From Trichodesmium erythraeum IMS101 (GTDB lineage: Bacteria > Cyanobacteriota > Cyanobacteriia > Cyanobacteriales > Microcoleaceae): a stretch of 32,000 nucleotides of DNA. The stretch spans positions 6,480,001 to 6,512,000 of the forward strand of contig NC_008312.1 in NCBI RefSeq assembly GCF_000014265.1. The letters run 5' to 3'. The notes beneath the pieces were generated by a model. It saw only the letters and a program-made list of their open reading frames with translations, made no database searches and was not told where the DNA came from. Each line of letters opens with the position of its first letter. Positions within the stretch are counted from its first letter, which is position 1. A program made the position numbers and the translations under genes. Shown piece by piece: positions 9,249 to 17,964 of this stretch.

Positions 9249-10973
9249 TCAAGAAGCAACAACATAATCAATAAGCTGTGCGAGTCGTTGACGTAAGGTT
9301 TCCAAACCTAGAGCTTTTGCAGCAGAAATAAATACTGCCATCGGATATTCTTCATGAGCAAATTTTAAAGTATCTCCATCTACTTCATCAATTTTGTTAA
9401 AAGCAACTAAAGCAGGTCCTGGAGTTTCTGGCATTTCCTGCAAAATAGTCATCACAGAGCGTATTTGACTTTGCCAAGCCGGGTGAGACAGATCTACTAC
9501 ATGAAGTAAAGCGTCTGCATCTGTAACTTCTTCTAGAGTTGCTCGAAAAGCATTCATCAAAGTAGGAGGGAGTTCATGAATAAACCCTACCGTGTCAGTA
9601 ATCACAATTGTAGTTGGTTTTCCAGTAACAGTATCAGGAACATTCAAACGACGAGTAATAGGATCTAGAGTAGCAAATAGTTTATCTGCTGCATAAACTT
9701 CTGAATTGGTAAGTGTATTCAATAATGTAGATTTACCAGCATTCGTGTATCCCACTATTGCCACTGTTGGCACTTCTTGATGTTGGCGATGTTGTCTTAG
9801 GCGGGAACGGTGTGCTTGTAATTGATTAACTTCTTTCTGCAAGCGAGATATCCTAGCGTTAATGGCCCGACGCTCTGTTTCTAACTTAGTTTCACCAGGT
9901 CCCCTCGTACCAATACCACCACCCAGACGAGACATTGCTTCGCCTTGGCCTGTAAGATGGGGAATAGTATATTTTAATTGAGCTAATTCCACTTGCAACT
10001 TTCCAGCGCGAGATTGAGCGCGTTGGGCAAAGATGTCCAGAATAACTTCGGTGCGGTCTACAACTCTCACACCAATTTTTGTTTCTAGGTTGCGTACTTG
10101 AGCAGGGGAAAGGTCTTGGTCAAATACAACTAGGTTCGCTCCGACCGTTTGAACACTCAGAGCAATTTCTTGAACTTTACCTTCTCCTACAACTGTTTGG
10201 GGATGGGGATGCGATCGCTTCTGATCCACTGTTTTTAGGACCTTACCTCCAGCCGTTTCAACAAGTCGAGCTAATTCAGCTAATCCATCTTCAAATTGCT
10301 GGTTGGTCATTTTATCTATTTTTAGCCCCACCAAAAGGACTAGGTCTTGGTCAGAATCAACTTCTTGAGCAATAAATTCTCGTTGAAATTCTGCTTCTAG
10401 TCCATCAATTAAGTCAATGAAGTCTTGTTTGGCCAAAGCATCAAGACTAAGAGGAGGTGATACGCTCCAAAAATTCAGCTTTTGAATATCAGTATTCACA
10501 CCTTCGTGTGTGGGAATGGGTAATAGGTGAGCTAGATAAGCTTGTTTAATGTAACCTGTTGCTCCTCCACCTCGACGTTTAAATCCTTCACCGGTTAGCG
10601 TCAGTATCACTAGAGCATCAAGTCGTTGAATTACCATTGCAGTTAGAGCAGCTTCTGAAGGATCTTCTGCTTTCAGGTTAGTAGCAATACAACGAATACC
10701 ACTAAGACGACCATTACCATAACGAGGTAATTCCAAGGGTGGAATTTGGGTTTGGTGGGGTGTACCAACTCCCACACGGATAATTTGTCCCCTACGATTA
10801 ATATATACGCAGATTGATTGGCCAACTTCTGTACTGATGGAGGCGACTCTTTGAGCAAACTCAGAGGTAGTTAGGCGATCGCTTGTTAGTCGCTGATGAT
10901 ACAACCTTTGCAGTTGTTTAAGTTGGCTAGATTTTAGACCTTTCAGATTTCCGTAGATAGTTTCGATAGGCAT
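9249..10973 (-). CDS. hflX: GTPase HflX
   Basis: 574 aa. HflX N-terminal and linker domains are followed by a G domain with G1 GYTNAGKST, G3 DTVGF and G4 NKID. Confidence 0.9.
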   Translation of the reverse strand: MPIETIYGNLKGLKSSQLKQLQRLYHQRLTSDRLTTSEFAQRVASISTEVGQSICVYINRRGQIIRVGVGTPHQTQIPPLELPRYGNGRLSGIRCIATNLKAEDPSEAALTAMVIQRLDALVILTLTGEGFKRRGGGATGYIKQAYLAHLLPIPTHEGVNTDIQKLNFWSVSPPLSLDALAKQDFIDLIDGLEAEFQREFIAQEVDSDQDLVLLVGLKIDKMTNQQFEDGLAELARLVETAGGKVLKTVDQKRSHPHPQTVVGEGKVQEIALSVQTVGANLVVFDQDLSPAQVRNLETKIGVRVVDRTEVILDIFAQRAQSRAGKLQVELAQLKYTIPHLTGQGEAMSRLGGGIGTRGPGETKLETERRAINARISRLQKEVNQLQAHRSRLRQHRQHQEVPTVAIVGYTNAGKSTLLNTLTNSEVYAADKLFATLDPITRRLNVPDTVTGKPTTIVITDTVGFIHELPPTLMNAFRATLEEVTDADALLHVVDLSHPAWQSQIRSVMTILQEMPETPGPALVAFNKIDEVDGDTLKFAHEEYPMAVFISAAKALGLETLRQRLAQLIDYVVAS

Positions 10974-11740
10974 TCCTAGCCACGTATTTGTGGCCCCTCA
11001 GTATATTACTTCTGATTATTATTATAGATATATATAAATATTTCAATTATACTAGTCCTATTTTAACTTTGTCCAAAATCTTGTCCCTTTTTGAGAATGG
11101 AGAATAGTCAATGGTCAATAGGCAAGAGTTTTGAAGTTGATTTCTAGTTTTTGAATCTTGACAACCCTGTTAAAGAATTACGATACAATAGAAATATTTG
11201 GGCGTCACTGATTAGTAATTATCTATTATGATTTAGGAAGAGTAAAAATTTTAGACAGTGCAGCAGAAGACGAGTAGAATATTTGAGCATCTCCAAGGAC
11301 TTGAGTAAAAGGGTTTTATGAGGAAGGGTTTTTTATGGGACGGCAAGCCCAATATTAACGACTACAGATTTGAGATAGAAAATACTGTTGGCCAAGTAGT
11401 CGGCAATTTTTCCTGGTCTGGGTAGAGTTATATTTCCGACATTTTATGTGTGAAGTTCTACAACATTTATCATTACTTTTCAGCAATGCTGGATTTTCTT
11501 TTAGTTGAAGTATTTTTCAGTTATCGAAGGCAAAAACTTTCTATATATAGTTTTCAGATAGCTTGTCACCTCGTGAGCATTTCCACACTTTTTTGACGCA
11601 CTACCAGTTATGGTTTGGGTGATGTCAAGGTAAACATTGAGGATAGGTCTTTTCATAGGAAACTATTACTTTGGTTTAATGGGTTTTTGGTGTTAGCAGA
11701 GCAAGTGTGACTGCTGTATCGTTACTATAAATATTTGGAT

Positions 11741-11771
11741 CTATCCCATTTTATTAGTGGGATAGGTTTTT
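11741..11771 (+). terminator. Orphan intrinsic-terminator-like hairpin in the hflX-ppsA spacer
   Basis: CTATCCCA (11741-48), a 9-nt loop, TGGGATAG (11758-65), then GTTTTT. The T-run follows the stem only on the + strand. No accepted + strand gene lies upstream. Confidence 0.4.
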
Positions 11772-12219
11772 AATTATTAGAAAGCTTAATTTTTTGTAAT
11801 AAATACCGATTTTCTCCTACTGGCAACATTTTTTTACTTTTGGTAACCAATGTATGGTTCTGGAAAACTTGTCACTTTTAAGGAGAAAAATTAATATATA
11901 AATATAGATAAAAAAAATACTATTAAATTCCTTTGATAAGATATATGGATAATTTACCACTAAAAATAAATAAATACTTATCATAGATCAATATATCTGA
12001 GATGACTTAGTATTAATAAAAAACTTTATCAAGGGTAAGGGTAAATTTAAATATTTTTGTCTAAAATTAAGACTTACGCAGAGGAAACAATAAATTGTTA
12101 AAACAAAAACAATGGTATCAACCGGACGCAACCTTAGGTAAGTTTTAAAATATAAAAATGTGACAAAAATACTTCAAAGTTGTACAGCTATAAAACAGCT
12201 TAACTTTAGGAGAAAAGCA

Positions 12220-14697
12220 ATGACAAATATATTAGAAATCAAACAAGAGACTACTTCTACTAAAGAAAAATCTTTAATATTATGGTTTGATGAAGTTAGT
12301 ATTAACGACATTCCATTAGTAGGAGGTAAAAACGCCTCCCTAGGGGAAATGATGCAACAACTTGCTCCCAAAGGCATCAACATTCCTAAAGGCTTTGCTA
12401 CCACTGCTTATGCTTACCGTGCCTTCATCAAAACAGCAGGTTTAGAAGCAAAACTGCGCCAACTTTTCGCCGACCTTGATGTTGAAAATATTAAAAATTT
12501 GCAACAAAGGGGTAAAAAAGCCCGGGCATTAATAATGAAGACACCTTTCCCAGCAGAACTAGAAAGAGCGATAACTATAAACTACAAAACTCTATGTTAC
12601 TTCTGCGGTCAAGACACAGATGTTGCAGTGCGTTCCAGTGCAACTGCGGAAGATTTGCCCGATGCCAGTTTTGCTGGGCAACAAGAAACCTACCTTAATA
12701 TTCACGGAATTAAAAGTCTACTCAAAGCAGTCCATAAATGTTTTGCTTCAATATTCACAGACCGTGCTATCTCTTACCGTACTAGCAGAAACTATGATCA
12801 CTTTGATATTGCTCTTTCTGTTGGTATTCAAAAAATGGTGCGTTCTGACCTGGCTACATCTGGGGTAATGTTTTCCATCGACACTGAAACTGGATTTCCC
12901 AATGCTGCCTTAATTACAGCAGCTTATGGTTTAGGAGAAAACGTTGTTCAAGGTGCAGTAAACCCTGATGAATATCTTGTCTTTAAACCAACACTCCAAC
13001 AAGGTTTCTCTAGTATTCTCAACAAACGCCTGGGCACTAAGGCGGTCAAAATGGTCTATGATGGTAGTAACTCTACAAAAAACATATCTGTGCCATACCG
13101 AAAGCAACAACAGTTTGCTCTGAGTGATGATGAAATTTTACAACTCGCTCAATGGGTAGTAGTTATAGAAAACCACTATTCCCAGGTGCGAGGTAGTTAC
13201 ACTCCCATGGATATTGAATGGGCAAAAGATGGGAACAATGATACTTTATACATAGTCCAAGCGCGACCGGAAACTGTGCAATCTCAAAAATCTAGTAATG
13301 TGCTACATACTTATCACTTGAAAGATCAGGGGAAAGTTTTGGTGACTGGTCGCGCTGTAGGACAAGGGATAGCACAAGGTAATGTGTGCGTAATTCTGGA
13401 TAAACATAAAATTGATAAGTTACAACCGGGAGAAGTATTAGTAACTAACAAAACTGACCCGGACTGGGAACCTATTATGAAAAAGGCTAGTGCCATAGTG
13501 ACTAACCAAGGTGGTCGTACTTGCCATGCTGCTATTATTGCAAGGGAAATGGGTATTCCGGCGATCGTGGGTTGTGAAAATGCTACTCAACTATTGGAGG
13601 ATGCTCAGGCGGTTACTGTGTCATGTGCTGAAGGAGAAGTGGGTATGGTTTATGAGGGTTTGCTACCTTTTGAGGATGTAGAAACAGTCTTGGATGATCT
13701 ACCCGAAACTCGCACCCCCATCTTTATGAATGTGGGCAACCCAGAGGAAGCTTTTCGGTTATCGGCAATTCCTAATGATGGCGTAGGTTTGGCACGGTTG
13801 GAATTTGTGATTGCTAATCATATTGGGGTGCATCCCTTGGCATTGCTAAATTTTGATGAGGTGATGGATGAGGTTGAGAAAGCTAAAATTGCTAAATTAA
13901 CTATGGGGTATGAAACAAAAGCAGATTTCTTTATTGATCGCCTAGCTTATGGTATGGGAACGATCGCTGCTGCTTTTTATCCGAAACCTGTTATTTTGCG
14001 GATGAGTGATTTTAAGAGTAATGAATATGCCAATTTATTGGGTGGAAAACAGTTTGAACCAGATGAAGAAAATCCGATGATAGGTTGGCGGGGTGCATCC
14101 CGTTATTATCATCCTAAATATCGGGATGCTTTTGGTTTAGAATGTGTGGCGCTGAAGCGGGTTAGGGATCAAATGGGATTAGTAAATGTGATTCCCATGA
14201 TTCCGTTTTGTCGTACTCCTGAAGAAGGGGAGAAGGTATTAAGGGAGATGAGTAAGTATGGTTTGGAGCGTGGTCAAAATGGTTTACAGGTTTATGTAAT
14301 GTGTGAATTACCCAGTAATGTGATTTTGGTGGAACAGTTTGCTGAGGTCTTTGATGGATTTTCTATTGGGTCAAATGATTTAACTCAGTTGGTATTGGGT
14401 TTAGACCGAGATTCAGCATTGGTTGCACAGGTTTTTGATGAACGCCATGATGCTGTGCGCAGGATGATCGAGATGGCAATTACTACTGCCCATGAATGCG
14501 GGCGTAAGATTGGCATTTGTGGTCAGGCACCTAGCGACTATCCTGAGTTTGCTCGGTTGTTGGTAGAGTTGGGAATTGACTCCATAAGTTTAAATCCTGA
14601 TTCTGTTTTGAAGACTCGGTTTGAGGTGGCAAAGTTGGAAGTTAACTCCTCTATTACCCCCAGAACTGTTTCATTTTCTGAACATATGGGGAGATAG
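12220..14697 (+). CDS. ppsA: Phosphoenolpyruvate synthase (pyruvate, water dikinase)
   Basis: Motifs GGKNASLGEM, the phosphohistidine loop GGRTCHAAIIAREMGIPAIVG and the PEP-utilising C-terminal FSIGSNDLTQL. I prefer ATG 12220, preceded by AGGAG at 12208-12, over the GTG at 12160 used by the ORF track. Confidence 0.9.
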   Translation: MTNILEIKQETTSTKEKSLILWFDEVSINDIPLVGGKNASLGEMMQQLAPKGINIPKGFATTAYAYRAFIKTAGLEAKLRQLFADLDVENIKNLQQRGKKARALIMKTPFPAELERAITINYKTLCYFCGQDTDVAVRSSATAEDLPDASFAGQQETYLNIHGIKSLLKAVHKCFASIFTDRAISYRTSRNYDHFDIALSVGIQKMVRSDLATSGVMFSIDTETGFPNAALITAAYGLGENVVQGAVNPDEYLVFKPTLQQGFSSILNKRLGTKAVKMVYDGSNSTKNISVPYRKQQQFALSDDEILQLAQWVVVIENHYSQVRGSYTPMDIEWAKDGNNDTLYIVQARPETVQSQKSSNVLHTYHLKDQGKVLVTGRAVGQGIAQGNVCVILDKHKIDKLQPGEVLVTNKTDPDWEPIMKKASAIVTNQGGRTCHAAIIAREMGIPAIVGCENATQLLEDAQAVTVSCAEGEVGMVYEGLLPFEDVETVLDDLPETRTPIFMNVGNPEEAFRLSAIPNDGVGLARLEFVIANHIGVHPLALLNFDEVMDEVEKAKIAKLTMGYETKADFFIDRLAYGMGTIAAAFYPKPVILRMSDFKSNEYANLLGGKQFEPDEENPMIGWRGASRYYHPKYRDAFGLECVALKRVRDQMGLVNVIPMIPFCRTPEEGEKVLREMSKYGLERGQNGLQVYVMCELPSNVILVEQFAEVFDGFSIGSNDLTQLVLGLDRDSALVAQVFDERHDAVRRMIEMAITTAHECGRKIGICGQAPSDYPEFARLLVELGIDSISLNPDSVLKTRFEVAKLEVNSSITPRTVSFSEHMGR

Positions 14698-14920
14698 CAG
14701 AGCTGTTTCATTCTTAAGTTTGGTGATCGGTTAACCACAGAAATGTGCTGATAGCCTCGCCAAGGTAATTACAGCAATTGGTACGGATGGTGAGGTAAAG
14801 TTGATTACTAATTTCTATTCTCAATTTACTAAAATGATCAAATTTTATACCTCACCTATCTCCTAAACTGCTGTCAATTAAATATTGGGAGGAAAGAAAA
14901 ATTAGCGTGACTAGGAAATT

Positions 14921-14954
14921 AAAATTGGGTTTATTATTTCAACCCAATTTTTTG
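14921..14954 (+). terminator. Intrinsic terminator downstream of ppsA
   Basis: AAAATTGGGTT (14921-31), an 9-nt loop, AACCCAATTTT (14941-51), running into a T tract. It lies about 225 nt after the ppsA stop. Confidence 0.6.
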
Positions 14955-15194
14955 TTGAGAAAACCCTTGAGGTTTAAATGGGAATAAAACTTCACTATAT
15001 TAATTAAAAAATAACTAACGATAGAACGAGCTAACATAATAATAAAATACCATTTAAATAAGCTATATTCAATAAATTGTAAAACCTAATTCGTATATTA
15101 ATAAACCGCAAGTCCTGAACTATTATTTTTCTTAAAACTTGGGAATCATAATCCTGACAATTCAAATCAGCAGCCTTTTGTACACTGAAATATT

Positions 15195-15283
15195 TTACTC
15201 ATACTGCTACAATATTTCTGTATAGTTGTGTCAGTTTAAATCATAAAAGTTAATTTTGATTTAACTTTGAAGCCCTCCTCAAA
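15195..15283. repeat. Left copy of a roughly 90-bp imperfect direct repeat bracketing the accessory islet
   Basis: TTACTCATACTGCTACAATAT...GTTGTGTCAGTTTAAATCATAAAAGTTAATTTTGATTTAACTTTGAAGCCC aligns to 18999-19087 at roughly 80 percent identity by eye, with one 1-nt indel. Confidence 0.65.
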
Positions 15284-15319
15284 CTTCAATCTTAAACTTC
15301 AATCATTATTGCTTTGTGC

Positions 15320-15475
15320 TTAGGTATTTATATAGGAACCTAAATTCTTATCCCGAAGAATTTTGCCCATTTTGTCATACTCTCGACGTATGGCTCTTAT
15401 TAAGTGAACCATCTCAATTACTTGATTATCATCTGCTGCTAAAAATGCCGCTGTCAGGGCGATATTGCGTATATA
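15320..15475 (-). pseudogene. C-terminal remnant (about 50 codons) of an AAA+ family ATPase
   Basis: The minus-strand frame reads IRNIALTAAFLAADDNQVIEMVHLIRAIRREYDKMGKILRDKNLGSYINT*. This matches the characteristic C-terminal ...GGNIRNIAL.AAFLAA....I.M.HL..A.RREY.K.GK... tail of a widespread class of bacterial AAA ATPases. There is no upstream continuation: a stop lies at 15497-99 and homology is lost near 15475. Confidence 0.55.
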
Positions 15476-16786
15476 TGTGGAAATCACAAACCATATTTAT
15501 GACAAGGCATCAAGCTTTAAATCGAATCCTAAAATTAAATTATTCTATGTTACAACTGGAAAATGGACAGATGACCCAAATTTAAAGGGTATAATTAAAC
15601 ATGAAATTGAATCAGTTGAAGAAACAGAATTATTTGATAAAGTTTTTTTCAAAGCACTTGGTGCGAGAGATTTGTCTACTGCATATAGAAAAACTAAAGA
15701 ATCTGTAAGCACAACAATTAACTTTAACAATAGAATTACAATGCCAGAGATAAATGGTATATCTCAAGCTTATATTGGACTTTTACCATATAAGGAATTT
15801 TATAAAATTGTATCTGACGATGAAGGTAATTTGCTAAGTATCTTTGAAGATAATGTTAGAGATTTTCAAGGAGAAAACAATGATGTAAATGGCGGTATTT
15901 CAACAACTCTAAAGCATGAAGGTTCAGAAATATTTAGTGTTCTGAATAATGGAGTTACAATAGTTGCAAGTTCAATTTCACCTACTGGAAACCAATTTAC
16001 AATTAAAGACTATCAAATTGTTAATGGTTGTCAAACAAGTAACGTTTTATACAATAATTGTGATTCTCCAAATATCAATAATGTTAATATTCCGATTAAA
16101 TTAATTGCTACTACAGATGATGATGTAAAAACGAGAATTACACTTGCAACAAACAATCAAACACCGATTAAAAAAGAACAATTAGCTTCTTTAACACAAT
16201 TTCAAAGAAGTCTTGAGCAATATTACAATTCATTTTCTGGAGAATCGAAAATTTATTATGAGCGTAGGTCTAAACAATACAATTCTGACAACAAAGTATT
16301 AAAATCAAGGATTATTACTGTACCATATCAAATAAAATCATTTGCAGGTATGTTTCTAGATGAACCTCATAACGTAACAAGCTATTTTGGTTTAATAGTT
16401 AGAAGGTTAAATGAGGGTAAAATTCAAATTTTCAACAATGAACATTTTCCATCACCATATTATACAAGTGCATTTGCGTACTATAAACTTGAAACATTCT
16501 TCAGAAAAGGATTAATTGATAAGTCATATCGAAAAGTTAAGTTTCACATTCTTATGTTATTCAGAATGTGTAAAAAAACAGAATTACCACCATTTAACAG
16601 TAAAAAGATAGATAATTATTGTGAGGATTTATTGAATTTTTAAATGACGATGATAAAGCAGTAGAAACTTTCAAAAAGTGTATTAAAATAATTGATGATT
16701 CTGACTTTAAAAAAATGGATAAACAAGATGTAAAACTTTTATCTAAAACCAAAATACTGATTGACTATATGAACAGAAATAAATAA
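15465..16786 (+). pseudogene. AIPR family (abortive infection phage resistance) gene, 5'-truncated and frameshifted near the 3' end
   Basis: AIPR hallmarks are present: DNVRDFQGENNDVNGGI, FSVLNNGVTIVASS, DYQIVNGCQTSNVLY. The ORF begins at TTG with the mid-protein segment KIKLFYVTTGKW, so the N-terminal 150-200 aa usual for the family are absent. The stop is at 16641-43 inside TTTTTAAA, and the -1 frame stays open for another 47 codons to 16786. Confidence 0.7.
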
Positions 16787-16803
16787 AAATTGGTGGCAAC
16801 AAT

Positions 16804-16911
16804 GGCTATAAGTAATTGCTTGTTCTCGCCTACTTCTGAAAACCCTTGCAGATTTTCAGTTTGGTGTGTACTTGAAAAGTTAACCGCTAAACCATGCAAC
16901 TACTTATAGCC
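16804..16911. repeat. 108-bp nested inverted-repeat element between the AIPR and PIN-like genes
   Basis: The 16-nt arms GGCTATAAGTAATTGC (16804-19) and GCAACTACTTATAGCC (16896-911) match at 15 of 16 positions. The mismatch would be a G-U pair in a minus-strand RNA. An inner hairpin is CTGAAAA (16836-42) / TTTTCAG (16853-59). By eye the element is more GC-rich than its surroundings. Confidence 0.6.
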
Positions 16912-16941
16912 GAGACTGTTACAACACATTTGACCAAAACT

Positions 16942-17961
16942 ATGGATATAATTTTTATTGATACTTCAATTTTTGAATCAAACAACTTTTTGGAAAGCGA
17001 TAGGATTAAAGAAGTGTATAAGCTAGCTGAAAGAGGTGAAATAAAGGTTGTTCTTCCAGAATTGACTTATGATGAAATCTTAAACCGAATATCAAAGAAT
17101 ATTGAGGAGTCTAGTCAAAAATTCAACAAATATCGACAGGACACTCGAATTCTTAGGAATATACCTTCCCTCTCTGAAAAATTTAAACCATTTGAAAAAA
17201 GACAAGTTAAAGAAGAACTATACGAAATCGTAAAAGAAAAATTTTCGCAATCTAACTTCGAAATTATTGCTTACCCCACATTAAACATTAAAGAGATTTT
17301 TAGGAGTTATTTTGATAAAACATTTCCTTTTGGATCGGGAGGAAAAAAAAGTGAATTCCCTGATGCTTTTACTCTGAAATCCATAGAGATTTGGGCAGAG
17401 GAAAACAACGTTAAAGTTTTAGCATTCTCAAAGGACAAGGATATGCTAAAGTACACGAGCGAGCATTTAGAAATAATCGAAGATTTCAACAAGTATTTAA
17501 GTGACAAAATAAAAGAAATAGAAGTTGCTTCAAACAAAAAACGTCTTCGTCTTGACCAAGTAGAAGACATTATTCAAAACAGACCCGAAAGGACTCAAAA
17601 AGAAATTAAAGAATGGGTTGAGAATCAGCTTGATAATTATTCAAAATATTATGACTATTCGAACCAATGTGAAGTTCACGATGTGTCAATTATAGAAGTG
17701 GAAACTAATATTGAAGATTATACCATAACTAATATTTCTAAAGACTACATATCAGTTGAGTTGAGAGTACGGATAAACTATCAAGTTCAAATAATAATTG
17801 ATGATGAGGACTCTATATATAAAGACGATGATACTAAAGAATTGTTTTTCCGAGAAACCAAGCCAGATTTAGTGGGCGACATAATAGATATTGATGTTGA
17901 TTTAAGATTTTACTTTGAACCTGATGATGACACTGTTTACACTTACCAACCCCTAATCTAA
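16942..17961 (+). CDS. PIN-like domain protein (DUF4935-type predicted nuclease) with an uncharacterised acidic C-terminal domain
   Basis: MDIIFIDTSIFESNNF...GEIKVVLPELTYDEILNRI...GGKKSEFPDAFTLKS follows the PIN-like DUF4935 pattern as I recall it. The track start, ATG 16894, lies inside the inverted-repeat arm, so I prefer ATG 16942 (339 aa). The stop lies 3 nt before the IS1 terminal repeat. Confidence 0.7.
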   Translation: MDIIFIDTSIFESNNFLESDRIKEVYKLAERGEIKVVLPELTYDEILNRISKNIEESSQKFNKYRQDTRILRNIPSLSEKFKPFEKRQVKEELYEIVKEKFSQSNFEIIAYPTLNIKEIFRSYFDKTFPFGSGGKKSEFPDAFTLKSIEIWAEENNVKVLAFSKDKDMLKYTSEHLEIIEDFNKYLSDKIKEIEVASNKKRLRLDQVEDIIQNRPERTQKEIKEWVENQLDNYSKYYDYSNQCEVHDVSIIEVETNIEDYTITNISKDYISVELRVRINYQVQIIIDDEDSIYKDDDTKELFFRETKPDLVGDIIDIDVDLRFYFEPDDDTVYTYQPLI

Positions 17962-17964
17962 ACG

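Noticed and set aside
15195-15283. Reading the flanking 90-bp repeats as integron attC sites or a CALIN-type cassette array
   Set aside because: An ATTTAAC / GTTAAAT pair exists, but its order and orientation relative to the adjacent genes are opposite to the R''...R' layout of attC. No integrase is present and there are only two copies.
15316-15585. 89-aa plus-strand ORF upstream of and overlapping the AIPR ORF
   Set aside because: It is the antisense of the much more convincing AAA+ ATPase C-terminal remnant and runs out of frame into AIPR. It has no recognisable motifs.
16804-16911. Reading the nested inverted repeat as a retron msr/msd RNA or a type III toxin-antitoxin RNA
   Set aside because: No reverse transcriptase gene follows it, and there are no tandem direct repeats of the ToxI type. 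Only the generic feature of flanking inverted repeats matches.
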